Below are positions 41,260 through 53,470 of a stretch of DNA of 64,000 nucleotides, piece after piece. The DNA lies in assembly GCA_963575745.1 (NCBI GenBank), contig CAUYUJ010000292.1, positions 248,001 to 312,000 on the forward strand, in the 5' to 3' direction. Position numbers and translations under genes: made by a program. Numbering within the stretch: the first letter of the stretch is position 1; every line of letters begins with the position of its first letter. The notes beneath the pieces were generated by a model. The model was not told the origin of the DNA and ran no database searches. It worked only from the letters and a program-made list of their open reading frames with translations. Origin of the DNA: Prorocentrum cordatum. Its lineage: Eukaryota.

Positions 41260-44200
41260 TGCACCGCGGCACTTGGTCACGGCGAATGTATCAGGTTGGA
41301 AAGGAGCTCAGTCGATTCTAACGGACAGCAGGCTTAGTGACGTTTCAGTGTTCTGCCTTCAAGAGTGCAGAGTTTTGCGCGATAATGTCTGTCAGCATGA
41401 GCGGTCCATGAGAAGCGAAGGTTTCAATTTGAGATTATCTTCAGCGGATGCGACTGACCAAGGGGGCATCTCCTCGGGCGTCGGCATCGCGGTCCGCCAG
41501 CACATCGGAGTTGGCGAACCGCCTCATGTACACAGACATCTCCTCCACTCGCGTTGCTCGATCGTGTGGGTGAACGGGTGCGTGAAGGGGGGCTTCTATG
41601 TCGTCAGTGTGTACATTCCAGATGGCGAGGGAGTTGCAGGAGCTAAAGGGCAGCAAATCATGAATCAGTTGGGAGAATTCCTGTTTGGGGCCCAGAAGCC
41701 CTTCGTCATATCTGGTGATTTCAACAGTTTGCCCTCGGGGGTTCAGAGTCTTCGGAGCGTTCAGAAGATGAGGGGTGTTGTGGTGAGTTGTAACATGCCG
41801 ACTTGTCGTGCGGGCAAAGCGTGGCGTGAGCTAGATTTCTTCGTGGTCTCGCATGAGCTCGTCGGGGTCGTCAGATCGCGTGAACGTCTATCGGACCCGG
41901 CGACTAAGACTCATTTCCCTGTCCGACTGTCTCTGGGAACCGATGCGCACTTGCAGCTTAAGTCGCGCATCAAGATGCCCATGCCTTTTCCGACAGAGAG
42001 GCCTATAGGACCAGTCCCACTGCCGCAGGACTGGTCAGATATCAGCAGTTCGTTCGAGGCGCTCGACGAGGCGCCGACGGCAGAAGGTTTCAATAATTTC
42101 TATGGGCAGCTATGCGATCGCATGGAGGCCGAGCTCTGCGATACTTTGAGCAGTCCTGTCTCGGATCGACCTAAGTACTGTGGGAGGAGTCGGGGTTTTC
42201 GGGTGGTGGAAAAGCCGACTCTGGATACGTCGAGGGACCGTTTCCGACATGTTCGAAACAGACGAGGAGTATGAGGAGATATCAGGTTTGGCTGGGGGAG
42301 TTGAGTTACCTGGTGAGCAAGGGGCATTCTTGGGAGTCCAAGGGTGTTCGCGACTTACTCTGGAGGCTTAACTGGTCGAACCCGGGTTTGGCAGACGTTC
42401 CAGGCTGGAAGCAATTTCACTCTTCTCTGCAGCTGACCGCGGACGTCGGCTTGGACGGCATCTCCGCGGGGCTGCACGCGTTGCGCAGCTTGAGGAGGCG
42501 GAGTTCAGGAGCAAGAGGACCAAGGAGTGGAGGAGCTGGGTACCCCAATCTTTGGAGTCTGGAGGGGGTGCGGTCTACAAGTGGACCAAGGAGCCTCAAG
42601 GATGGGCCCCTGACGCTGCGGGGCCAGCAGGAGCCCCTGCGGGGCCAGTGGGCACCGTCGAGCAGTTGCTTAGGGAATGACGTGAGATTTGGCACGAGGG
42701 CGAACCTTCTCGGCTTCTCGCTTCTGACCTGGACCTACCCTTGGGCGAACCTCCCCCTCCACCAACGGCCGAACAGCGCCGTGAGGTTCTCAAGAGGTTC
42801 AAAAAAGGGCACAACGGTCGGCATTGATGGTTGGAACCCTGGTGTTTTGAAATTGTTGAGCGACAAGGCTTTGACGGCCTACGGGTTGTTCCTCGGTTTA
42901 TAGAAGAGCACCTACTGATTCCTGAACAATGCGATGTATCATTGGTGGTTTTTCTTCAGAAGCCAGACGGAGGTCATCGACCCATAGGAGTTTTGGCAAC
43001 ATGCATCCGCATCCTGAGCCGACTCAGGCGAGATCAGGCCAACCAATGGGAACGGAATCGTGCCCTGAGCTGCGTGTGCGGCGGCAAGGGCAAGAGTTGC
43101 GAGCGTGCAGTGTGGCAGCAGGCGGCGCGAGCCGAAGCTGCAGAATCTATCGCGGCTAGTTCGGGCTCAGCGCTGATAGATCTAGAGAAGTGCTACGAGA
43201 AGACCCCCCACGATGTTCTTTGGAGGTCCTGTCAGAAGCACAGTTTCGACTTACGACGGGCTCGGCTTTTGTTGATGGTGTATGGAGGGCGGAAGATGAT
43301 CAAGGTGAGGGAGGTCGTCTCGTCGGTTATCAGGTTGAATCGCTCGATCATCGCGGGCTGTTCGTTTGCGACGACGTTACTGCGTGTTGTGCTGTGCGAT
43401 TCGCTAGTGTACATGCGTGATCGATGGCCGAGCGTGCACCTGTATGTCATGGTAGACGATATAACATTAGATCTATCGGTTCGGCACGTTTCGTTCGACA
43501 GACGCTAGCTGCTGCAGTCCCCGACGTGTGCAAGCAGTTGCAGCATCTGGAGCAAGTGGTTTCACGCAAGAAATGCCAGGTGCTGGCTTCTACTAAGGAG
43601 TTAGCGGCGCAGCTAGGCAAATATCTGCGTGCATATAGTTTCAAGGCATGCGCCAGCGTCAAGAACCTAGGGCACGGCTTCGCATTGCAGGCTCGTGCAG
43701 GTAAACCAGTGCAGAAGTCCAGGACCAGCAAACTCAGGAGGCGTGCGCATCGATTTCGGGCCCTCAAGCATCATCGCAAAAGGTTAACACGTGTTTACCG
43801 TGCAGGAGGTCTGGCCTCGGCCACGTACGGAGTGCGGGTCATGGGCATGCCAGATAGTGAGCTGCAGAAGTTGAGGGCTGTGTCGGCCTTCGCGCTCTTC
43901 GGCAAGGCCAAAGGCCGCTCGCGAGCTGTGCAGTTTTTGTTGTTGGACCCTCCAGATGCCGATCCGTCCTTCCAGGTGAACTCGCTCCCGCTGCTCACTT
44001 GGTTGTTGGCGCTGCACCAGGAATGGGTCCCCACAAACATGATGGAACAAATATTCCACAGGGCCTTAACACGGGCCCAGCAGGGATGGGGATACGTGCG
44101 AGGCCTTGCAAGGGCCGTCGTCCAAACCCTCAGGCGTCTCGGGTGGACGGCAAGGTCGTATCACATGTGGATTGACCCCCGTGGGCTCCAAGTTGACCTC

Positions 44201-45661
44201 CTTCACACTGGAATCCCCACCCTCAAAGCTGTTATCTATATGGGTATCAAGCGGCAGCTCGAGCAGGCGGCCGCCAAGCACCTCGGTTGGGAAGGTTTTG
44301 CGTTCCCGGGTCCTGTGAAAGCGGAGCTCAGGCAGCTTCGGGGACGTGGACCCTCGGCTCAGGCTGATCTGGTGGCCATTCATATGGCTGGGGGCCTCTG
44401 GACTCAGGATAAGACTTTCAAGAATAGGTACAGTATCGCTCGAGAATGCAGGTGGTGCTTGGGCGCTCCAGGTACCAGATCGCACCGTTTGTACAGGTGC
44501 GATGGTCTTGCTGGCTGGAGGCGCGAGCAGGGTTTCAACGAGCTGATTTCCATAGGCAGAGATTTCCCCGACAACCAGATGGTTGACTTCGGCTGCTTGG
44601 GTAGCAAGCGAGATGATCTTTCCCCTCCGCTGCAGGTCGGTGAGAGCCAAACGAGTTGGTACCCTCGGGGAGGACATCTAGGGGGACTTATATTTATTGA
44701 TGGGTCTGGGTTAAATCCTGATATTGATTGGATGTCGAGGGCGGGGTGGTCGGCATGCTCTCTCAGACCAGGCACGGAGGAGGTCCAAGCAGTTGCGTAT
44801 GGCCCCGTTCCAGGCTTGGTCCAGTCCTCAGGACTTGCCGAGCACTACGCGTTCCTGATGGCCCTGACCCTCATGCCAGCCAGAGCCACGGTCGTGACAG
44901 ATCACAAGAACTTGCTGCTGACCCTCGAGAAGGGCCCAGAGGTTAAGTGCTGCCCTACTCAGCCACATTGGGAGATCTGGAGGCAGATTTTCTGGAAAAT
45001 CGATGACATCGGGAGAGAAAACGTCGAGTTGGTTTGGATGCCTTCCCATCGGTCCAGGTCCTGGTATAGGAACCATGGGTATTCTGATGATTGGTTTCCT
45101 GGGAATGCCGCGGCTATGGGGCACCCTTCAGTGGCCCACGTAGATCAGCGTGTTGCAACAGCCATGCATGTAGGCAGTCAGTTTGTTCGGATGCTCAGAG
45201 GAACTTTGAGCAACCTAAGCCAGAGGGGTTTTCCTGATGTAGATAGAATTCCCAAGAAGAGTAAATACAAGCCTGTAGCTCTTGGGGCGGCCCAACCTGT
45301 GGTCACCCTCAAGATTGACAGGTCGGATAATAATCACCTCCTACACCTCGCAAGTGGGGTCTGGGGGTGTAGAGTGTGCGGCAGAACCTCCGTGAAGAGA
45401 AGCATTGTCGTGCAGGACCCCTGTCCAGGCAAGCCGCGTGTCCTGGCCAGGTGTCACGACACTCACAGAATGTGGAGTGTCAACGCTGAACTGTTCTTCT
45501 GTATGGCCTGTGGCTGCCACGCGCGGAGGCAGGTCAAGGACTTGGCCCTGCGATGCAGCCAAAGGCCAACCAGTGGTGCGGAGCGCTCACTCAAGTTGTT
45601 GCGCAAAGGTGTGGACCCAACCAGCAAGAAGGAGGTTGGGGTGCCATTCCCCGCCCACTAA
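41260..45661 (+). pseudogene. LINE ORF2 polyprotein (AP endonuclease, reverse transcriptase, RNase H), frameshifted
   Basis: Domains run in order across ORF-track pieces 40115-42274, 42271-42903, 42831-43508 and 43424-45661. Confidence 0.88.
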
Positions 45662-46212
45662 TTCAAATCGTCTGTGCGTGTCTTGCGCTGCGGGACACGC
45701 GCTCCGAGGCTCCAGAGGCTCCAGAGGCTCCAGAGGAGGAGGAGGAGGAGGAGGAGGAGGAGGAGGGAGGAGGGGGAGGGAGGGGGAGAATTCCTCCTCC
45801 TTCTCACTGCACCCCCTCGCGCGCCGCCGCTGGAAGGGACGGACTGGCGGGGGTAGGGCGTCAGCTGTGGCGCGAGCGCACCCAGCTTGCCTTCCTCCTC
45901 TCTCCTCCCTCCTCCTCCTTTTCCTCCTCCTCCTCCTTTTCCTCCTCCTCCTTTTCCTCCTCCTTTTCCTCCTCCTCCTCCTTTTCCTCCTCCTCCTCTT
46001 CCCGCCGCCCCTGAAGCGGAACAACTGAATCTGAATGAGCGGTCCTCGGCCAGCGACTGCGTGCAGCTGGCCCATCGCTCTCACGAGCGCGTGTGGGCGT
46101 GGAGCACGGGCTGCAGCTCTGGACAGGAGTCCGCCGGGCATTGCGCTGGGCACATGGATGTCGCTGCGAACCTTGGTGGTCCGCGTGTGCACGCAACCGC
46201 CGGCGGGCTCTC

Positions 46213-46450
46213 TCACTGCTCGCCGCAGAGGAATAGAATCGCGAGCGTGCACGCGACGATGAGGACACAGTCAGTGCCAGGCAGCACGTGCATCTCAACC
46301 TGCTCAGGCCCGCCTGGGTGCCTCTCATTGCACGAGACCGTGGCCTTGGAGCGGCCGTCGCGGGAGAAGACGTGGAGGTCCAAGTCCGCCTCGTTGCCCT
46401 CAATGATGAGCTCCGGCTGTGCCTGGGAGTGCACGACGATAGACCCAGTC
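46213..46450 (-). CDS. Nested gene exon 2 (C-terminus reminiscent of Tubby-C/LURP-one-like fold)
   Basis: ctctcag|G ACT GGG... = (R)TGSIVVHSQ...VEMHVLPGTDCVLIVACTLAILFLCGEQ*. Removing a 134-nt GA-AG intron joins the two ORF frames exactly. Confidence 0.68.
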
Positions 46451-46584
46451 CTGAGAGGGGGAGCGTTCGGGGGGGGGCGGGCTCCAGAGGGGAAACATCG
46501 AGCTCGAATCGGCGATGCATCGCCGATTGATCGGCGACAAGCTAGCTCCTGAGCCCATTCCGCCCCAACATTGTCCCTGAAGTC

Positions 46585-47510
46585 CTCTGCAGAACCATGG
46601 TTGCTAAAAGCAAGTTGTTCGCCCCGCGCACCTCCAGGCTGTTGCAGGCATCCTGCGTCGCCTGCCGTGGCGGCTCCACGACCGCACACGGGATCTTGGC
46701 GTCCTCGCCGAGGCAAATCTGGATCTTCCGGAAGCCGTCGGGGTTCTGAATCACGGACGCCCTGAGCACCAGGCCGCTGAAAGTGTCCTTGATGATGAAG
46801 CTGCCCTTCCCCGCCACGTCCACGAGGGCATCCACTGGCACCGTGAAGAGGTACCCCCCCGCGCTCTGCCCGGCGGGCTCCGAGGCGGTGTCGTACAGGG
46901 GCAGGGAGCTGTGCGGCGTCACGCCGTGCCTGCCTATGCTCTTGATCTTCATGGACAGCGCTCGGCCGGCCCCCTGCACGCTCCGTGCGCTCGTCGGCAC
47001 CGACAGCAGGCCACGGGAGCGGGCGCTGGCGGGAGGCTGCGGCTGCCGGCGCTGCGACCACTCGGACGTGATGCTGGCGAGGGATGCGCAGCTCATGGGC
47101 GCTCCGCCCTTCGCCGCGGCGCTGGCGAGGGGAGGCGGGTTCGAGGTCGTCTGCTCGAACGCTCGGAGCGAGCAGAAGATGCAGCCGAGGGCCAAAACGC
47201 TCACCGCGACCACCAACGCCCACATGAATCCGCTCGAGATGCTGCCGGCGTGTTCTACGTGGACCCGCTCGGCCGTCGTGTTGGAATGCAGGGGGGCCAC
47301 TGGGTTCCCAAGCCGGCTCTCGTTCCCTGTCATCTCGCCAACTGCATTTTGTGCGACGACCCGCACGGCGTTTAGCGCCACGTCCCTGAAAGTCTTGCTC
47401 TGAATCAGGAAAGTGTCCAAACAATCCGCTCCTTGCCGCCAGGACTCCCAGCACGGGTCCGCAGAAGCAGGGGTGGCTTCCTCGGCACCGGGGGCGAAAC
47501 ACTCTGACAT
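46585..47510 (-). CDS. Nested gene exon 1: unknown single-pass membrane protein
   Basis: Complex, GC3-rich ORF with a hydrophobic segment FMWALVVAVSVLALGCIFCSL. CAG lies 2 nt before the ATG; the exon ends CAG AG|GA. Confidence 0.7.
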
Positions 47511-50073
47511 GCCTGGAGCTGTTGGATGTTCACTACTTTCTTGTTATGAAATCGTGCGTACGGTACACAGAGGTACGAGAACAATATAAAACGTCAGCCG
47601 GATATGGCGCGGTCCATGTGGTGGAGTGTGTGAGCAACAGTGAGCCAGCACGGCTGCAGGGGAGGACGAGGAGGAGGAGGCGCCCTACAGCCAAGACCAG
47701 TCCACAAGAAACTCATCGCAAGAGAACAGGGGCCCAAGGACGCACAAATAAATAGACACAAATCCCAGGATTCCCAATCTTCCCAACTATTTTCTGGGTT
47801 TTCGTCTTTCTCCCCCCCTCCCTTCCCCCCCCCCCTTCCCATCTTTTCCCATAGTTTCCTGGGAGTCGACGATTCATTGTGTCTGTGTGCTTCCTTCCCT
47901 TCCGGAAGGCAACCCAACCTCGGAAATTAGCCCACGTGTCCCGGGCAAGGGCTGGGATCTTGCTGAGCGGCTGCCGGCGAAGAAGCTCAGGGTACCCTGG
48001 GCCAGGCGGCTTGCGGCCAGCTCGCGCACCGCCTCTCGGCATCACACACACACACACGCACACACCCGCACACACACGCACACACACACACACGCACACA
48101 CACACACACGCACACGCACGCACACACACACACACACGCACACACACACACACGCACACACACACGCACACACACACACACACACGCACGCACACGCAAG
48201 CACACACACACCACACACACATACACGCACACACACACCACACACACGCCCATACACACAGACACATAACATTCAATGGTGTCCTCCCCAAGATGCACAA
48301 GAACATCCAACGCACATTAAGAACATTGGGGGGCCCTCTACCAGCGGGCCTCGATCTTATGCATCGGCCCGACCGTCTACGCAGCCAGCTTCACGGTCGA
48401 AACATGGCCACAGGACGGTGATCGTGAGCACGAGCCCCCGTTACCGAAGGCCCGGGGCCACATTGAGGGGTTGAAAGGAGAGGGAGAGGGCGTGGGGATC
48501 GACTGGACTTAGGAGTGGCCTTTCGCCGCAGTGACCTTTGGAACGGGCCCACTGGGGTCCCCCGATCGCCAAACGCGATGCGGCAGCAGCGTCTGGCACG
48601 CTCGTGTTCGGCCCCCCCGCGGCCCCCAAGCGGCCGCGCACCAGAGGTCACTCTTGCCTAGCGTCACTCTTGCGTATAGCCGGGGGGAGAGAGATGGGAA
48701 AGAGACAGGTATTTGGGGAGGCTCAGCGGAGCGCGGAGGAAGGCTGAGGAGCAGGGATCAACAGAGGCTGGGGTGAGGCAGAGGGTTGAAGGCGAGGGTT
48801 GAGGAGTGTGGCCGAAGAAGGAAGTTGAAGAGGTGGGTCACGAAGGAAGCTGAGGAGAGTAAGGTGGCAGGAGTCAGACAATGTTCACGAGGCGGCTTGG
48901 CAACATATTGATAGATTGATCGGATGGAGGATGAAGATTCAGATGGATGGTTGAAGAGGTGGATTGAGGAGATCGTGGAGGACATAACGCGGATGGGGTA
49001 TCGGGGAGGCCAGGCGAGTCGGAGGGTACAAGGATATGGAAGCAGGAGGAGGAGGAGGAGCAGGACACCGTGGAGCCTGAAACACAAACGAATGTATTTA
49101 CATAAGCACGTGGAGGTCACCCGCTGAATGCACATGCGGGCGACTGGCGTGCCCGGCCATGCGAGGCACGAGGGCCGAGCGATGGAAAGACATGCGCCCA
49201 GGGCAACGGTTAGGTCGGGCATGTCCCACTACAGGCGGATTTTGAACGAAAAATGAAGAATACCCTAACAATAACCCAAACATAAGCATACATAGTCAAC
49301 ACATCGTCCCCGGACTATGTTTTGGCTATGTTTGAAAATTCCTCCTGTAGAGAAGATATGTTCCACAACGCGAGCACGCCTGGGACCCTCATGGACCCCC
49401 CCAAGACATGCAGAACGACGACGCCTCCCGGTCGAGAGTCTGCCCCCCTCCTGGGGAGAGAGTGATATCGTGACAGGATTGGCTCAGGACGCGTTCCAGG
49501 CTTTCCAGACCATCTGGCGGTGCAGCTGGTGCGCCGTAGTAGTGCCGCCGCTCCCGCAAAGCGGTGAGAATCGGCTGGCCTTGTCTTGTCTTCTTTCGCC
49601 CACGCGCTCCGGCGTATGGCATGAGTGAGTGAGTGGCGGTGCAGCTGGTGCGGCACCTCTGGGAATGTGGGAATCCCTGGGGACCTTGGGAAATCCTGGA
49701 ACCCAAACCCCCGACGTCGCAATTGTTTCACAACGTCGACCCCCAGAGGTCTGGACCCTTTCCCGGGGACCGGCTTCTCGTCCTGCGTGGTTTTCTGACG
49801 CGCCCGAGGCCCGGCAAGGGCGCCCCGAGGCTGAAAATTATGAAAAACCTCCCGTCGTGACTTTCACTGCGCGAGGGCGGGAGGAGGAAGAGGGGGGAGG
49901 AGGAGGGAGGAGGAGGAGGAGGAGGAGGAGGAGGAGGAGGAGGAGGAGGAGGAGGAGGAGGAGGAGGAGGAGAGGAGGAGGAGCAGGAGGAGGAGGAGGA
50001 GGAGGAGGGGGGGAGGAAGAGGCCTCGTGCTCCCCTGACTCTCGGGCCCCGCCGCGGGCGGGCGGGTCGTCGC

Positions 50074-50109
50074 CGGGCGCTGCCGGCACCTCACGTGGCG
50101 CACGATGGC
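50074..50109 (-). CDS. HDAC exon 3 (36-nt micro-exon)
   Basis: gag|GCC ATC GTG CGC CAC GTG AGG TGC CGG CAG CGC CCG|gc = AIVRHVRCRQRP. It continues GNGTE-AIV as expected and keeps phase 0. The donor position is inferred from frame. Confidence 0.65.
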
Positions 50110-50392
50110 CTCGCGCAGCTGCTGGGGGCCCCGCGCGCGCGCGCCTCGCGCGTGCCTGGGTGGCGCCTCGCTGGCGGCGGGGGAGGAAGGGGGGGGGGAG
50201 GCGGGGGGAGGGGGGGGAGGCGGGGGAGGGGCGGGGGAGGGGGAGAGACGGGCGGGCAGGAGGGAGAGGCGCGGAGGGGCGGGTGGGATGGGGCTGGGCA
50301 GGGGAGGGAGGGGATGGAGAGGAAGGGGGAGGGGACGGGGGACGAGGGAGGGATGGAGGACGAAAGAGAAGGAGGAGGATGAGGAGGAGGAG

Positions 50393-51480
50393 GACAAGTG
50401 CAACCCAAGGCTCATCAATGATGCTGGAGTGCGCCTTCCCTCCAAGCTCCCTCTTCGTAGATCCCTGATGGGATTGCCCGTTGGGGGACAATCGTGCGAA
50501 AATCCTGAAGCGTGCCAAACCATCATTCTCTCAGGACTTCAACGCCACGAGTTAACCTGACTGTTACGTCTTGGCGATCCGGAATCGTGCCAGAACACCA
50601 TTCCTGGGACTTCAACACCGCGAACCAATGTAACTGTTGCACCCCGACAATCCTGAGTCTTTCCAAAGCACCACTTCTGCTACGTTGACCACTAGAATAA
50701 ATGAACCGCTTGCAAATATTAAAAAATAGTGCTTGCGGCGCTTAAGCGAAAAACGCAAATTGAAAATGAAACGCCCTCAATCCGTGAAGCTCTTGCAACT
50801 TTTTGTTCAACGAATGTGCGCGGCGCTAAGGCGAGAACCGCATTTAGAAAACGAGCTGCCCTCAACCCGTGACGCTCTTGCACATGTTCAAACGAAGGTA
50901 CACGGCGCTACAGCGAGAGCCACATATTGAAAACAACCCGCCTTCAATCCGTGAAGCTCTGGTAAAAATGATTATGCGCGGCGCTAGGGCGAGAACCACA
51001 TTTTGAAAACAAGCCGCCCTCAATCAGTGAAAGTCTTGCAAATATGTCAAATGACTGGGAACGGAGCTGAATCGAAACAATATTTTGAAAACCGCCCGCT
51101 CTTAACTCGTGAAGCTCTTGCAAATGGTGAGAGCGAATGTGCGCGGCACTAAGGCGATAACCAAATGTTTGAAAACAACCCGCCCTCAATCCGTGAAGTC
51201 GTGTATTCAATGTTTTGATCACGAATGTGCGCGGCGCTAACGCGGAAACCGCATGTTGAAAACGAGCCGCCCTCAGTCCGAGAAACTCTCTTCAATGTCT
51301 TAAACAGAGTATGTGCGGCGCTGGTACGAAAACCACATTTTGGAAGCGGCCCCCCCTCCATCTGTGAAGCTGCTGTCACTTGTGAAGCTTCAAGATGATA
51401 AGCATGGTGAAGATGTCTCAAGCGAAACGGCCGGCCCGTCCTTTCAACGGGCCTCGGGGTGCGAAGGGGAGGAGTTAAAT
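50393..51480 (+). repeat. Composite repeat family A, copy 4
   Basis: GACAAGTGCAACCCAAG head, about 10 units of about 60 bp at 50730-51365, CCTCGGGGTGCGA tail. Confidence 0.8.
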
Positions 51481-51632
51481 CCAGGAGGAAAAAATCAAAG
51501 GAAGAGGAGGAAGAGAAGGTGGAACAGCAACAGCAGCACAAGAAGGGGGGGAAGAGCAGGAAGAAGGAGGAGGAGCACGAGGAAGGAGGGGGAAGGAAGG
51601 AGGGAATCGAGGAGGAGGAGGAAAATAATACA

Positions 51633-51703
51633 ATTACTACTACCACCACCACCACCACTACTACAACTAGAACAACAACAACTACGACTACTACTACTAC
51701 GAG

Positions 51704-51741
<38 letters not shown>

Positions 51742-51908
51742 ACACTACCACTACCACTACCACTACCACTTCCACCACTACCACCACTCCTAGCACTAGT
51801 ACTAGTACTCGTACTCGTAGTAGTCGTAGTAGTCGTAGTAGTAGTAGTAGTAGGAGTAGTAGTAGTAGTAGTAGTAGTAAAGAAGTAGAAGAAGTAGTAG
51901 TAACAGTC

Positions 51909-51971
<63 letters not shown>

Positions 51972-52040
51972 CTCGTAGTTATAGTAGTAGTAGTAGTAGT
52001 AGTAGTAATAGTAGTAGTAGTAGTAGTAGTCATAGTAGTG

Positions 52041-52079
<39 letters not shown>

Positions 52080-52105
52080 ATAGTAAAGAAGTAGTAGTCG
52101 TAGTC

Positions 52106-52145
<40 letters not shown>

Positions 52146-52241
52146 AGTTCGTAGAAGTAGTTGTAGTACTAGTAATCGTAGTCGTAGTAGCAGCAGTAGT
52201 AGTAGTAGTAGTAGTAGGCGTAAGTACAGGTAGTAGTAGTG

Positions 52242-52272
<31 letters not shown>

Positions 52273-52309
52273 TGGGAGTAGTAATACTATTAGTGGTGGT
52301 CGTATCAAC

Positions 52310-52341
<32 letters not shown>

Positions 52342-52386
52342 GAGTCGTAGTCGTAGTAGTAGTAGTAGTAGTCGTAGTCGTAGTAA

Positions 52387-52430
<44 letters not shown>

Positions 52431-52568
52431 CTAGTAGTAGTAGCAGTTGTAAAAGTAGTAGTGGGAATTGTAGTAGTAATAGTCGAAATAGTAGTAAAAG
52501 TAGTCGTCGTAGTCTTAGCCGTAGTAGTAGTAGTAGTAGTAGTAGTAGTACAAGTAGTAGTAGTAATC

Positions 52569-52618
<50 letters not shown>

Positions 52619-52845
52619 AGTAAAAGCCGCAGTAGTAGAAGTAGTAGTAGTAGTAGTCGTAGTAGTACTAGTAGTAGTTGTGGTAGTAGTGGCAGTAGTA
52701 GTAGTAGTAGTAGTAGTGGAAGAAGAAGTAGTAGTAATAGTAATAGTAGTAGCCGCACTAGTAGTTCTAGTAGTACTGATAGCACTGGCAATCGTACTAC
52801 AAATAGCAACAGTAGTCTTAGTGATAGTAGCAGTAGTAATAGTAC

Positions 52846-52885
<40 letters not shown>

Positions 52886-52892
52886 CGTAGTC

Positions 52893-52925
<33 letters not shown>

Positions 52926-52940
52926 ATAGTAGTCGTAGTC

Positions 52941-52992
<52 letters not shown>

Positions 52993-53190
52993 GTAGTAGT
53001 AGGTAGTAGTGGTGGTAGTAGTAGTAGTAGTAGCTGTAGTAGTTGTAGTAGTAGTAGTAGTAGTCGTCGTCGCCGTCGTCTTCGTCGTCGTCGTAGTAGT
53101 AATAATAGTAGTAGTAGTAGTAGCCATAGTACAACTAATAATAGTAGTAGTAGTCGTCGTCGTCGTCGTCGTCGAAGTAGTAGTCGTAGT

Positions 53191-53264
<74 letters not shown>

Positions 53265-53324
53265 AAGTAGTTGTAGTAGTCGCCGTAATACTAGTAGTAG
53301 CAGTAGGAGTAGGAGTAGGAGTAG

Positions 53325-53388
<64 letters not shown>

Positions 53389-53470
53389 CGTAGTCGTAGT
53401 AGTAGTAGTAGTAGTAGTAGTAGTGATAATAATCGTAATAGTGATAGGAGTAGGAGTAGGAGCAGTAGTC
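51633..53470. repeat. About 1.8-kb degenerate (CTA)n/(TAG)n microsatellite
   Basis: (CTA)n to about 51800, then (TAG)n. Confidence 0.95.

Noticed and set aside
50730..51365. Regular about 60-bp repeats that superficially resemble a CRISPR array
   Set aside because: The whole unit is degenerate-homologous with no unique spacers, there are no cas genes, and the context is eukaryotic.
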